Assembly: GCA_031414415.1 (NCBI GenBank)
Contig: JANNVK010000070.1
Location: 7,722-71,721, forward strand
Source of the DNA: Acidobacteriota bacterium
GTDB taxonomy: Bacteria; Acidobacteriota; Blastocatellia; Pyrinomonadales; Pyrinomonadaceae
Direction of reading: 5' to 3'
DNA: 64,000 bases
In this document: one piece after another, positions 50,565 through 60,191 of the stretch
How positions within the stretch are numbered: the stretch's first letter is position 1
How the letters are laid out: every line of letters starts with the position of its first letter
Notes under the pieces: model-generated
Told to the model about the DNA's origin: nothing
Database searches by the model: none
The model's input: the letters and a program-made list of their open reading frames with translations, nothing else
Program-made: the position numbers and the translations under genes

Positions 50565-51515
50565 CTAAAATTTGCGAGTTTGCGGATCGAGTGCGTCACG
50601 CAAGCCATCGCCTAAAAAATTGAGTGAAAATAGCGTCAATGCCATCGTTACACTCGGAAAAATGAGTTGCCAAGGGAAAATTGAAATATTTTTAATTCCA
50701 TCAGCCGCCATACTTCCCCAAGATGCATAAGGTGCCTGAACGCCTATTCCGAGATACGACAAAAACGCTTCTGTCAGCATAACTGAAGGAATAGTTAGAG
50801 TTGCATAAACAATAACCGGACCGAAAACGTTTGGAACGAGATGCCTGAAAATGATTCCGAATGTGGAAACACCAGTCGCTTTCGCCGCGAGAACGAATTC
50901 TTGATTTTTGAGCGACAATATTTGACCGCGAACAACTCGTGCCATTGTCAGCCACGAAACTAGCCCAAGTGCGAGAAATAAAAGAAATATTTGATTGAGA
51001 GCTTCGCCGCCACCAAATGTGTTTGAAATTGATTTAATGAATTCCGGCGTGTTTTTTCCTTCAAAAACTTTAAGCAAAACGATGACAATTAAAATATACG
51101 GAATAGAATAAATCGCATCGACAATTCGCATCATAATGCTGTCGATTCTTCCGCCGAAATAACCGGCAATCGCACCATAACTGACACCAACAAGCAGCGA
51201 AACAAAGGTTGAAATCAAACCAACCATTAAAGAGATTCTTCCGCCTTGCAAAACTCTGGCTAAAATATCGCGTCCAGAATCGTCCGTTCCCATCCAATGC
51301 TTCAACGAAGGCGGCATTGATCTTAATAAATCACTATTACTCGGCATTTGGTCGGGCGTTATTCCGAATCCATAACTGAGTAATATTGGTCCGAGAAACA
51401 CCAACAAGGCTATAAATGCAACAAAATATAGCCCAAAAACGGACAGTTTGTTCTTTTTCAGACGCTTCCAAGCGTCTTTCCAAAGTGAAGTTCCTTTGAC
51501 AGTTTCGTTTTCCAT
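50565..51515 (-). CDS. oppC: Oligopeptide ABC transporter permease
   Basis: OppC-type N-terminus (SLWKDAWKRLKKNKLSVFG) and BPD_transp_1 membrane domain. Confidence 0.9.
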   Translation of the reverse strand: MENETVKGTSLWKDAWKRLKKNKLSVFGLYFVAFIALLVFLGPILLSYGFGITPDQMPSNSDLLRSMPPSLKHWMGTDDSGRDILARVLQGGRISLMVGLISTFVSLLVGVSYGAIAGYFGGRIDSIMMRIVDAIYSIPYILIVIVLLKVFEGKNTPEFIKSISNTFGGGEALNQIFLLFLALGLVSWLTMARVVRGQILSLKNQEFVLAAKATGVSTFGIIFRHLVPNVFGPVIVYATLTIPSVMLTEAFLSYLGIGVQAPYASWGSMAADGIKNISIFPWQLIFPSVTMALTLFSLNFLGDGLRDALDPQTRKF

Positions 51516-51519
51516 AAAT

Positions 51520-52437
51520 CTACTCGTATCGAATTCTTGGGTCTAAAAAAGCATAAGAAATATCAACCAAAAGATTGAAAATCATAATCATAATTGACAA
51601 AAAAGCGACAACACCAAGTATCAAAGGTTCATCGCGATTTAGTAAAGCCTGAATAAAAACGCTACCGAGTCCGGGATATGCAAAGACTTTTTCAACAACA
51701 ACAGTTCCCGCAAGCAAGCCTGCAAGTGCCGGACCGGTGTAAGAAACAACCGGAATCAAACCGCCTTTAATCGCATGCCGCAACAAAACAGTCCATTCAC
51801 TCAAACCTTTCGCACGAGCTGTCCGAATATAATCAGAACGCAAAACTTCAAGCATTCCGGCTCGCGTCAGTCTCGCAATGTAGGCTGCATAAATCGCCGC
51901 CAGAGTAATCACAGGCATTATCAAACTCAAAATTCCGTTGTATCTGGCTGGTGGTAACAAATATAGTCCGAAAGAAAAAATCAAGACTAAAATAGGTCCA
52001 ATTACGAAATTTGGCACAGATTGTCCTGTCATCGAAATAGACATCGCACCATAATCGAACTTTGAATTTTGTTTTAGAGAGGCAATCAAGCCTGCAGATA
52101 ATCCGATAAACAGAGCGAGCAAATAAGCGGAAAAACCTAGAATTGCTGAATAAGGTAAATGTCTGCGAATGATTTCGTTGACAGATTGACCTTCGTATTT
52201 CAACGAATCGCCAAAATCGCCACGCACAACATTCGAAATCATCATGGCGTATTGCTGATACCATGGTTTGTCGAGTCCGTATTTCTCACGGATATTTGCT
52301 TCAATTGCAATAGGTAGTTTTTTCTCGCCTGAATAAAAATTTCCGGGTGCAAGGCGAACTAATCCCCAAGTGATTGAAACAACAATCAATGCCATCGGAA
52401 CAATTACTAACAATCTTTTAATTATGAAAAGTAACAT
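51520..52437 (-). CDS. oppB: Oligopeptide ABC transporter permease
   Basis: MLLFIIKRLLVIVPMALIVVSITWGLVRLAPGN and the EAA-like loop DYIRTARAKGLSE. Confidence 0.9.
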   Translation of the reverse strand: MLLFIIKRLLVIVPMALIVVSITWGLVRLAPGNFYSGEKKLPIAIEANIREKYGLDKPWYQQYAMMISNVVRGDFGDSLKYEGQSVNEIIRRHLPYSAILGFSAYLLALFIGLSAGLIASLKQNSKFDYGAMSISMTGQSVPNFVIGPILVLIFSFGLYLLPPARYNGILSLIMPVITLAAIYAAYIARLTRAGMLEVLRSDYIRTARAKGLSEWTVLLRHAIKGGLIPVVSYTGPALAGLLAGTVVVEKVFAYPGLGSVFIQALLNRDEPLILGVVAFLSIMIMIFNLLVDISYAFLDPRIRYE

Positions 52438-52448
52438 TAATTTGACCT

Positions 52449-54542
52449 TTACGGTGTCGCCGTTTTTGCTGCTTCAGCTTTCGACTTTTCTTCAAATTGA
52501 GTTTGAGTTGATATCAATTTTGCCAATTGTTCTTCAAATAAAGAATCTTTTTCCTTCATAATATTGTAAACATCTTTGTCCCATTTCGCCGAGTCAGGTT
52601 CGATGTAGGCAAATTTCCACGCATGTAAAGTTCCAGGATTAGGATAAAACCCTTTTAGATACGGCTTTTTCATCCAATTTGTCGCTGCTGTGCTGAGCGG
52701 CACAACCAACTGTTGCTGCATCATATAGAACTCAGCTTCAGCTAATATAGTAAATCTCTGTTCAGTATCAATCGTGCGGTTAGCTTTTGCTAAAAGTTCA
52801 TCGTATTTTTTATCAGACCAACCAGTCGCACCATCATTTGCTTCAGTATAAAAAAGTCCAAGATACGTAAACGGATCCATATAATCAGCATTCCAACCGC
52901 GACGACCAAAACCTTGATATTCGACTTTTGTCAGCGTTGGTAAAAACGTTTTAAATTCCATATTCTTTAGTGGAACTGTGATTCCAAGATTCTTTTTCCA
53001 TTGATCTTGCATAAATTCCGCTGTTACTTTGTTTGATTCTGAAGTGTTGTATAAAATACTCACATTTTCGATCGGAAAGTTCTGACATTGAAAGTTTCCA
53101 TCCGAACCACTTACCGCAAAACCTGCTTCGCCCAACAACTTTCTCGCACGCTCAGGATCAAATATTCGATTTTTCCATTGTTCTTCACTGATGTTTAACT
53201 CTTTCAATTTCACGTCCTGAACTTTTTTTCTCGCTTCTTCATATTGCGGAAAAATTCCTTCGGGTGTGAAATCAACTAATGGTTTCTTAACAACCAATAG
53301 TTTTGCAAGTGCTTTTCGATCAACAGCCAATGCAAATGCCTGTCTGACTTTTACATTATCCATCGGCGGTTTTTTGACACTAATTACATAAAATTCGGTC
53401 GCCGCTTCGGGATGATTCATATATTCATCAGGATACGCTGCCATAATTTCGCGAATCCATGCCGCCGGAACTGTGTGATTGAAAATTGCATCAATCGAAC
53501 CAGCTTTGTAGAGATTCATCATCGTAGTTTGATCTTCTAACGGATAAAACTCAATTCCTTTTAACTTTACATTTTCTGCATCCCAATTATTTTCGTCTTT
53601 TGTCAGATTCAATGTGTCGTAAGGTCGATATTGGGCAACTTTAAATGTTCCGCTTGTCACAATGTTCTCGGGACGAGTCCAGTTTTTCCCATGCTTCTCA
53701 ATCGTATGTTGCGGAACAACTTTAAAAAATTGGTGAGCAAGTAATCCAAGAAAATAAGGTGCTGGCTGATTCAACTTAATGCGAAACTTGAAATCATCTA
53801 CTGCTTCAACTCCAACGTTTTCAGGTGTTACAGGAACAAATTCCATACCTGCAAGTTTATCTTTTAATTTAGTATCTTTTTCATATAATTTTGTCCGCTC
53901 TTTCTCAGTTCCAGCAACAGTCAATCTTTCGGGTTCATTTATAAATTTGTCAAACTCTGTTTGTGTCCCGACACTCGTTTTTGCTAATTCAACTACTGGC
54001 AATCCGGCTTCGTTTTTTGGCTCAGCGGCTTCTTTGAGCAGGAATTTACCAGACGAATCTTTAACAAAAACTTGTCCAGAATTATAGGCTTGCGAATATT
54101 TGATAAAGTAGGCAAGAACTGCATTCTCTGCCGTTAATTCAGGCGATAATGCACGTCTAAATGAATAAACAAAGTCTTTGGCAGTGATTGGAGTTCCATC
54201 AGAAAACTTTGCGTTTTTGCGGAGATTAAAGAGATATTCAGTTCCATCGCTACTAATTTCCCAACTTTCGGCAAGGGCAGGAATCGGACTCATATCTTTT
54301 GGGTGATATTCAACCAAACCGTCAAATAAAGCCATATAAATTCTCGCTTCTGGCTGTCCGGTGCCAATTGCAGGATCGAGACTTCGCGGTTCAGAACCAG
54401 TAACATATCGAACAATTCCATCAGTTGGAGCAACAGTTTTGCCATAATATTTGCCTTTTGCTGATGTTCCGCAACTCGAGACAAGCAAAGATAAAACAAG
54501 GGAAAAAACGCCTAAACGAACTTTGCCGAGACTACATCGCAT
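52449..54542 (-). CDS. oppA: Family-5 peptide-binding lipoprotein (OppA-like), unusually long (697 aa)
   Basis: Lipobox LLVSSCG and SBP_bac_5 features (RYVTGSEPRSLDP..). Confidence 0.85.
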   Translation of the reverse strand: MRCSLGKVRLGVFSLVLSLLVSSCGTSAKGKYYGKTVAPTDGIVRYVTGSEPRSLDPAIGTGQPEARIYMALFDGLVEYHPKDMSPIPALAESWEISSDGTEYLFNLRKNAKFSDGTPITAKDFVYSFRRALSPELTAENAVLAYFIKYSQAYNSGQVFVKDSSGKFLLKEAAEPKNEAGLPVVELAKTSVGTQTEFDKFINEPERLTVAGTEKERTKLYEKDTKLKDKLAGMEFVPVTPENVGVEAVDDFKFRIKLNQPAPYFLGLLAHQFFKVVPQHTIEKHGKNWTRPENIVTSGTFKVAQYRPYDTLNLTKDENNWDAENVKLKGIEFYPLEDQTTMMNLYKAGSIDAIFNHTVPAAWIREIMAAYPDEYMNHPEAATEFYVISVKKPPMDNVKVRQAFALAVDRKALAKLLVVKKPLVDFTPEGIFPQYEEARKKVQDVKLKELNISEEQWKNRIFDPERARKLLGEAGFAVSGSDGNFQCQNFPIENVSILYNTSESNKVTAEFMQDQWKKNLGITVPLKNMEFKTFLPTLTKVEYQGFGRRGWNADYMDPFTYLGLFYTEANDGATGWSDKKYDELLAKANRTIDTEQRFTILAEAEFYMMQQQLVVPLSTAATNWMKKPYLKGFYPNPGTLHAWKFAYIEPDSAKWDKDVYNIMKEKDSLFEEQLAKLISTQTQFEEKSKAEAAKTATP

Positions 54543-54652
54543 TTACTACGCTCCTAAAATAAAATTTGAACAAAGAAAAATTGTCTGGAGAGAACTTTTA
54601 ATACGTTAAATTACCACGAGTTTGCGTTTTTAAGCAAGAAAAAATGTCGGAT

Positions 54653-56497
54653 TTAACGTTTCCATTCGCTGTTTATTTTTACAGTTTTAAGCGACGGTGC
54701 ATCCAAGATATTTGTTTCAAAACCTAGAATATATGGCTTTACTAAAGAATATGTTTCCGGAAAATAGAGCGGAATTGCTGGAATTTCTGCAATCGCTTCT
54801 TCATTTGAAAGAATAAGTTTTTGTTCAACAGTCTGTTCATTTACAAATTTCTTTTCGTCTTGAAAATCGTTACTCAATTCGGAATTTAATTGAGTATTTG
54901 AACTCGTATTTGTATTAGAATTTGCAGCCGAATTAGACGAAATATTTGACGCAGCATTTGTTAAATCTGACATATGCCCAACATTGCTGTTAAAAATTCC
55001 ATCGTTTTTTTCGCTTTCAGGCTTTCTTTCGACAATTTCTTTCGGGGGGAACATAACTGCTAAGTTATTGTGTTCGTTTGTGGTTGGCAGTACAACACCG
55101 CGACGAATTAGCTCAAAATCACCTGTTTTCTGTGCAGTTTCAAACTCTTCGCGGCTTTTAATAACAACTTCAACTTTGATGCCCAAGTTTTGCAACCACA
55201 TTTTTGCGACTGAATTTGCAATTCTCTTTTGCAAATCATTTCTATTAATGACAAGCCTAAATTGCGGAAAGTTTTGACCATTTGGAAAACCTGCGTCAGT
55301 CAGCAATTGCTTCGCTTTAACGAGATTTTCTGCAAAGTTTTTATCATCATTGAAAGGCAAATAGCTCATCGCGGGCTGCGTCACGCCGTCCATTTCATCT
55401 TCGCTCAAGCGTTTTCTATCAAACGAAATCGCAAACGCCTCGCGAACTCTGACATCATCAAAAGGCTCGTGATTCTTATTAAATTCGTAAAGATTAACGG
55501 CGGCAAACTTATCTTTTTTGAAATCTTCGAATGGTTTGAGAAGTTTCAAAGCCAACGGCTCAAAACTAAAGTTGGTCAACACATCAACATCGCCCGCCCG
55601 ATACGCTTGCAACGCGGCTTCGGCTGTTTCAATCGGCACAAATTTTACTCGATTTAACGAAATTTTTTCCTTATTCCAATAGTTTGCGGCTCTATCCAAA
55701 GTAACGCCGTCTTTACCGATTGAGGTTATTCTAAACGCTCCACTTGTTGTGATTGCGGCGTTTAAAGTTCCAGATTCAAACTCTTTAGCATTTTGAATTG
55801 GTGAAAACATTGGGTGCGAAACAAGGCTCGGAAAATCTTCATCAGCCTGGTTTAACGTGACTTTTAAGACGAAATCACCAATTGCTTCAACCCCAAATTT
55901 TAATTTTTTAACTTCAACGTTTGATTTATTAATTTGCGAAGATTTTGGACTATTAACGTTCTCTAAAACTTCGTCATCTACAAAAACGTCACGTTCTGCT
56001 GATGTTTCCAAAATATAAGTGCCAGAAATGTTTCTTAACAAATTTGGATGTGAGACTTTGTTTCCGAGTTCGACAAGGCGTTTCCACGAATTTACAAAAT
56101 CAGATGCGACAATCGATTTATCGTTTGACCATTTTGCGTCTTTTCGAAGTTGAAATGTCCAGACTTTTTTATTAGGTGAAGCCGTCCATTTTGTAGCAAT
56201 CGCCGGAGTTGGTTTGAGAGTTTTTGAATCCGCCTCGGTTAAACCTTCAAAAACAGCACGAATAATATCTGTTTCGGGCGACCCGACAGCAAACGCAGGA
56301 TCTAAAGTTTTTGGCAAAGTTCCGTTGCTCCAACGAACTTCTTGTTTCACCGGAACTTTCATTTCGCCATAAAACGGCTCTGATTTTGGCGATTGAATTT
56401 CGTTGCAAGAAGCAATAAAAAGTAAAAAGGTAAAAGTAAAAAGTAAAAATTTTACTTTACATTCGAGCATATTCCTTTTTACTGCTTTATTTTTCAT
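54653..56497 (-). CDS. Second family-5 peptide-binding lipoprotein (OppA-like)
   Basis: Lipobox LLFIASC, SBP_bac_5 features (VRWSNGTLPKTLDPAF..), and a low-complexity N/S-rich insert. Confidence 0.85.
   Translation of the reverse strand: MKNKAVKRNMLECKVKFLLFTFTFLLFIASCNEIQSPKSEPFYGEMKVPVKQEVRWSNGTLPKTLDPAFAVGSPETDIIRAVFEGLTEADSKTLKPTPAIATKWTASPNKKVWTFQLRKDAKWSNDKSIVASDFVNSWKRLVELGNKVSHPNLLRNISGTYILETSAERDVFVDDEVLENVNSPKSSQINKSNVEVKKLKFGVEAIGDFVLKVTLNQADEDFPSLVSHPMFSPIQNAKEFESGTLNAAITTSGAFRITSIGKDGVTLDRAANYWNKEKISLNRVKFVPIETAEAALQAYRAGDVDVLTNFSFEPLALKLLKPFEDFKKDKFAAVNLYEFNKNHEPFDDVRVREAFAISFDRKRLSEDEMDGVTQPAMSYLPFNDDKNFAENLVKAKQLLTDAGFPNGQNFPQFRLVINRNDLQKRIANSVAKMWLQNLGIKVEVVIKSREEFETAQKTGDFELIRRGVVLPTTNEHNNLAVMFPPKEIVERKPESEKNDGIFNSNVGHMSDLTNAASNISSNSAANSNTNTSSNTQLNSELSNDFQDEKKFVNEQTVEQKLILSNEEAIAEIPAIPLYFPETYSLVKPYILGFETNILDAPSLKTVKINSEWKR
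56418..56448. repeat. Dispersed 31-nt A-rich repeat (copy 2), antisense to the signal-peptide coding region of the second oppA-like gene
   Basis: Matches 11008-11038 with one mismatch. Its reverse complement encodes KFLLFTFTFLLFI. Confidence 0.85.
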
Positions 56498-56502
56498 GTA
56501 AT

Positions 56503-57102
56503 TTATAAAACGCTTAATTGCTTGTAAAGTTCAGTAACTTGCTGTTTTGTTGCTTCAAAACCTTCACTTGTGTTTATCAAATAATCTGCAAAACTCTTCT
56601 TTTTTTCTTGCGAAAATTGGGCATTTATTCTTTTTAAAGCATCGACGCGAGTTAAACTGTTCCGCTTTATCAATCGTTCAAGCTGAATTTCTGCCTCGCA
56701 CCAAACAACAATTATTTTATCAAACCGCTGATAGCCAGTAGATTCTAGCATCAAAGCTGCGTCAATTATAACAAATTTATTGATGTTTCGAAGTTCTAAG
56801 TTCAACAGCCAAACATCTTGTGCATCAAAAACTAGCGGATGAACAATTGAGTTTAAAAGTTCACGTTTTGCCGGATCAGCAAAAACAATCGAGCCAAGTT
56901 TTACGCGGTCAATCTCGTTATTTGACTGCAATATTGAAGTTCCAAAATGTTCAATAATTGCATTCCAACCAATCGTATTCGGCTCAACAACCTTTCTCGC
57001 CGTTTTGTCAGCATCTAAAATAGGAACATCAAACTCGCGAAATATATCGCAAACATAAGATTTGCCGACCGCAATTGAACCTGTAAGCCCGACTTTTTGC
57101 AT
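56503..57102 (-). CDS. coaE: Dephospho-CoA kinase
   Basis: MQKVGLTGSIAVGKSYV P-loop, 199 aa, typical CoaE. Confidence 0.9.
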   Translation of the reverse strand: MQKVGLTGSIAVGKSYVCDIFREFDVPILDADKTARKVVEPNTIGWNAIIEHFGTSILQSNNEIDRVKLGSIVFADPAKRELLNSIVHPLVFDAQDVWLLNLELRNINKFVIIDAALMLESTGYQRFDKIIVVWCEAEIQLERLIKRNSLTRVDALKRINAQFSQEKKKSFADYLINTSEGFEATKQQVTELYKQLSVL

Positions 57103-57354
57103 TTTAGATTTTGGATTTTTGATTTTAGATTTTTAAACCTTCAACCTACAACTTAAGACCTTCAACATGTAACTTGAGACCGTCAACAAGTAACTTTAGA
57201 CAATCAACATGTAACTTCGGACAATCAACATTTAACTTTAGACCGTCAACATGTAACTTGAGACCGTCAACTTGTAACTTGAGACAATCAACATGTAATT
57301 TTAGACTTTCAACTTTGAACCTTGAACCTTAAACCTTGAACCTTAAACCTCAAA
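57103..57354. repeat. Composite tandem-repeat array filling the whole intergenic gap: AAAATCYA-type 8-mers x4 (57103-57134), 21-bp unit AGACCGTCAACATGTAACTTG x9 (57135-57323), TTRAACC 7-mers x5-6 (57312-57352)
   Basis: Units were aligned by eye. The period is 21 bp (one unit of 22 and one of 20). Confidence 0.95.
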
Positions 57355-57684
57355 CTATTTACTCTTATGCCTTTTAGCAAGTTTTTCAACATTAAATTCG
57401 GCAATTTCCGTCAGAGTCATTCCGAGTTCATCGGCACAAGCGGAAATATACCAAAGCACATCGCCGAGTTCGTCTTTTAATTTTAGACGAGTTTCATCGG
57501 TCACAACGCCGCCAAAATCACGTTGAATTTTCTTCACAACGTTAGCAACTTCGCCCGCTTCGCCACACAATCCGAGAGTTGGATAACCCAAATTTTGCAA
57601 ACGATTCGGATAAAGAGCCGTCTGCTTCGCTTCATTTTGATAATCTTCAAATTTCATATTTTTTTTAAAGTTAAAATCTGCCAA
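57355..57684 (-). CDS. MazG-like nucleotide pyrophosphohydrolase (small single-domain type)
   Basis: LGLCGEAGEVANVVKK and ELGDVLWYI (EExxE/D-type MazG motifs), 109 aa. Confidence 0.8.
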   Translation of the reverse strand: MADFNFKKNMKFEDYQNEAKQTALYPNRLQNLGYPTLGLCGEAGEVANVVKKIQRDFGGVVTDETRLKLKDELGDVLWYISACADELGMTLTEIAEFNVEKLAKRHKSK

Positions 57685-57712
57685 GTCGCTATCGCTCCGT
57701 GTTCTGATACAT

Positions 57713-57765
57713 TTTTCACTTTTTTACTCTTCCACTTTTCACTATTCACTTTTCACTTTTCACTT
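57713..57765 (-). repeat. GTGAAAAG-type tandem repeat starting at the folD TGA stop (sense orientation on the minus strand)
   Basis: The minus strand reads CTA ATA AAG TGA AAA GTG AAA AGT GAA TAG TGA AAA GTG GAA GAG TAA AAA AGT GAA AAA. Confidence 0.9.
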
Positions 57766-58692
57766 TATTAGTCTTCTCGCCTTCGCCGCCTCAAGCGTGT
57801 TTTTCATCAACATTGCGACGGTCAAGAGTCCAACTCCGCCTGGAACTGGCGAGAGAAATCCGGCTTTTTGCATCGCTTCTTTTGGGTTCACATCGCCCAC
57901 AAGTGTCGAGCCGCGTTTAGAAATAATACTAAGTCTTTTGTCGAGTTCGCTTTCGTCAAAAAGCTCTCTCGCTGTTTTTTCGTCCGTCACATTATTCATT
58001 CCAACATCAATTACAACCGCACCGGATTTTATATGACTTTCCCCGACAAAGCCTGTCTTGCCAATTGCAACAACTAAAATGTCAGCTTGCGATGTAATTT
58101 CTGCCACATTCTTTGTAAAACTATGACAGATTGTCACAGTTGCGTTTGCCTGTAAAAGTAATTGTGCCATTGGTTTACCGACAATATTACTTCGCCCCAA
58201 AACGACAGCGTGTTTACCTTTGGTTTCAATTTCATAAAATTTTAGCATCTCCATAATTCCCGCCGGAGTGCATGGTGCGAGTGCGTTTCGTCCTTGTGCA
58301 ATTCGTCCAACATTGAGTGGATGAAAGCCATCGACATCTTTTTCCGGCGAAATTTTCTCAAGAATTTCCTTCTCCTTTATATGTTTCGGAAGCGGAAGTT
58401 GCACCAAAATCCCATCAACATCTTCACGCCAATTTAGGCTTTCAACAATTTCAGAAAGTTCTTCGTTGGTTGTGTCTGTATCTAAATGAATATGTTCAGA
58501 AATGAAGCCTAACTCGTTTGAAGTCTTCACTTTATTGCCAACATAAACTGCTGAAGCTGCGTCTTCACCAATTCTCACAACTACTAAACAAGGTGAAAAT
58601 CCGTGAGTTTCTTTGAGCCTCAAAACCTCTTCCGCAACTCCTTGTTTTATACTTTCGGCAACAACATTGCCACTCAAAATCTGTGCTCTCAT
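57760..58692 (-). CDS. folD: Bifunctional methylenetetrahydrofolate dehydrogenase / methenyl-THF cyclohydrolase
   Basis: Typical FolD sequence throughout (..AVYVGNKVK.., GRSNIVGKPMAQLL, PVPGGVGLLTVAMLM). Confidence 0.95.
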   Translation of the reverse strand: MRAQILSGNVVAESIKQGVAEEVLRLKETHGFSPCLVVVRIGEDAASAVYVGNKVKTSNELGFISEHIHLDTDTTNEELSEIVESLNWREDVDGILVQLPLPKHIKEKEILEKISPEKDVDGFHPLNVGRIAQGRNALAPCTPAGIMEMLKFYEIETKGKHAVVLGRSNIVGKPMAQLLLQANATVTICHSFTKNVAEITSQADILVVAIGKTGFVGESHIKSGAVVIDVGMNNVTDEKTARELFDESELDKRLSIISKRGSTLVGDVNPKEAMQKAGFLSPVPGGVGLLTVAMLMKNTLEAAKARRLIK

Positions 58693-58722
58693 ATAAATTA
58701 AATTTTACAACGATTTTGTCAT

Positions 58723-58803
58723 AAAGCGTTAAAGCGTTTTTAGCGTTTTTAGCGTTTGAAGCGTTTAGGAGTTTGCAGCGTTTATTGCGTTTGTAGCGTT
58801 TAT
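58723..58803. repeat. About 9 phased copies of AGCGTTT (period 9-10 bp) filling the folD / phosphoesterase divergent intergenic region
   Basis: AAAGCGTTAAAGCGTTTTTAGCGTTTTTAGCGTTTGAAGCGTTTAGGAGTTTGCAGCGTTTATTGCGTTTGTAGCGTTTA, read directly. Confidence 0.9.
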
Positions 58804-58829
58804 GGAGGTTTTGGTTTAGGATTTATTTG

Positions 58830-59462
58830 ATGAAAATAGTTTGTATTTCTGACACACATAATTGCAATGAACAAATCAGCGTTCCCGATGGCGATATTTT
58901 GATTCACGCGGGCGACGCGACAACTGTCGGAAATTTTGAGCAAATTCAAGAGTTTGGCAGTTGGTTTAGCTCACTTCCGCATAAACATAAAATTTTTATC
59001 GCTGGAAATCACGATTGGCTTTTTGAAACAAATAATAGCTTTGCGAGAACTTTGCTGAGTTCAAAAATAACTTATTTACAAGATTCTGCAATCGAAATTG
59101 CAGGTTTGAAAATCTACGGTTCGCCATGGCAACCGAGATTTTTTGATTGGGCGTTTAATCTAAATCGCGGTCCAGAACTCGCTGAAAAGTGGAAATTAAT
59201 ACCCAACGACACTGATATTTTAATCACACACGGACCGCCAAACGGTATTTTAGATGAAGTTGAGCGGCAATATTGGACTGAAAATACCGGCTGCGAAGAA
59301 TTACGAAAACGAGTTGAAATTATCAAACCAAAACTTCACGTTTTTGGGCATATTCATTGCGGCTACGGAACAAAAGAAGAATTTGGCGTAAAATTCGTCA
59401 ACGCCTCAACTTGCGATGAACAATATCAGCCAAGCCAACCGCCGATTGTCGTCGAATTATAA
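58830..59462 (+). CDS. Metallophosphoesterase (calcineurin-like, MPPED-type)
   Basis: ISDTHN, GDILIHAGD, GNHD and THGPP motifs. The ATG at 58830 is preferred over the TTG at 58827. Confidence 0.8.
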   Translation: MKIVCISDTHNCNEQISVPDGDILIHAGDATTVGNFEQIQEFGSWFSSLPHKHKIFIAGNHDWLFETNNSFARTLLSSKITYLQDSAIEIAGLKIYGSPWQPRFFDWAFNLNRGPELAEKWKLIPNDTDILITHGPPNGILDEVERQYWTENTGCEELRKRVEIIKPKLHVFGHIHCGYGTKEEFGVKFVNASTCDEQYQPSQPPIVVEL

Positions 59463-59526
59463 TTTTAAACCAAGATTCTAAATTCATATTTTCTCGTAAT
59501 TTTGTTGGTTTGTTATTTAGTTCGAT

Positions 59527-60138
59527 TTAGCTCATTTGTGGGCAAAAGTGAAGATATAAATAAATAATTGCTATTTGACCAATCGCTTGCGAATTAAAAC
59601 TCAGACGGTTTCCGAATCGGTCATAGTTCCAAGATTGCTGCCAAGTCGTTGCATTATTCGAGGCAGTTTCCTTCGCTTCGGTAATTCTATCGAGCGAATC
59701 GTAGCGGTAAGTCTGTGTAAACGTTGCATTTGGAGCTGTGATAACCTGCTTGGCGATGTTTCCAGTATTCTTCGAATCGATGACATCAACGCCATTCGCG
59801 GCAAGTTCGCCGTATGAATAATTGACTTTCCATAAATCATTCGCCGTCGTTGTCGAACCCAAACCAATCTGTGTAATTTGCTGTCGCGAATTGAATTCCG
59901 CCGTTTCAAAACGTCCGTTTCCAAGTTTCAGAGATTTGATTCCACCCGAAGCTGTGTAGTCGAAATTCGAAATCAGAACCTTGCCATTTTTAACAACTTT
60001 CGCCAAATCGCCGTCGCTTTCGAAGAAATTCCTCACAACTTTTCCGCTTGGGTAAGTCTGCTCGACCATTCTTCCGCCGAAGTCGTATTTGTATTTCGAT
60101 TCGTATGTGTTTCCGTCCAAAACATACTCCATCACCAC
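59527..60138 (-). pseudogene. Rhs/YD-repeat core fragment with no N-terminus, no core-end DPxGL motif and no toxin domain
   Basis: YD repeats (YRYDSLDRITEAKE, WNYDRFGNRL). The homology decays into an unrelated short tail (..AIGQIAIIYLYLHFCPQMS). Confidence 0.7.
60035..60118. repeat. 84-bp direct repeat (left copy) flanking the Rpn-family gene
   Basis: 77/84 identical to 61123-61206 by manual alignment. Both copies encode ..YESKYK(F/Y)DFGGR(L/M)VEQTYPSGKVV. Confidence 0.85.
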
Positions 60139-60191
60139 TGTATTTATCTAATTGAAACTATTAGTGATGGAATTTGTCAAAACTTTCGACT

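Noticed and set aside
57135-57323. Possible CRISPR array (regular period of about 21 bp)
   Set aside because: The units abut one another with no unique spacers. The repeat is shorter than typical CRISPR repeats. I recognise no cas genes in the window. It is a plain tandem (minisatellite-like) array.
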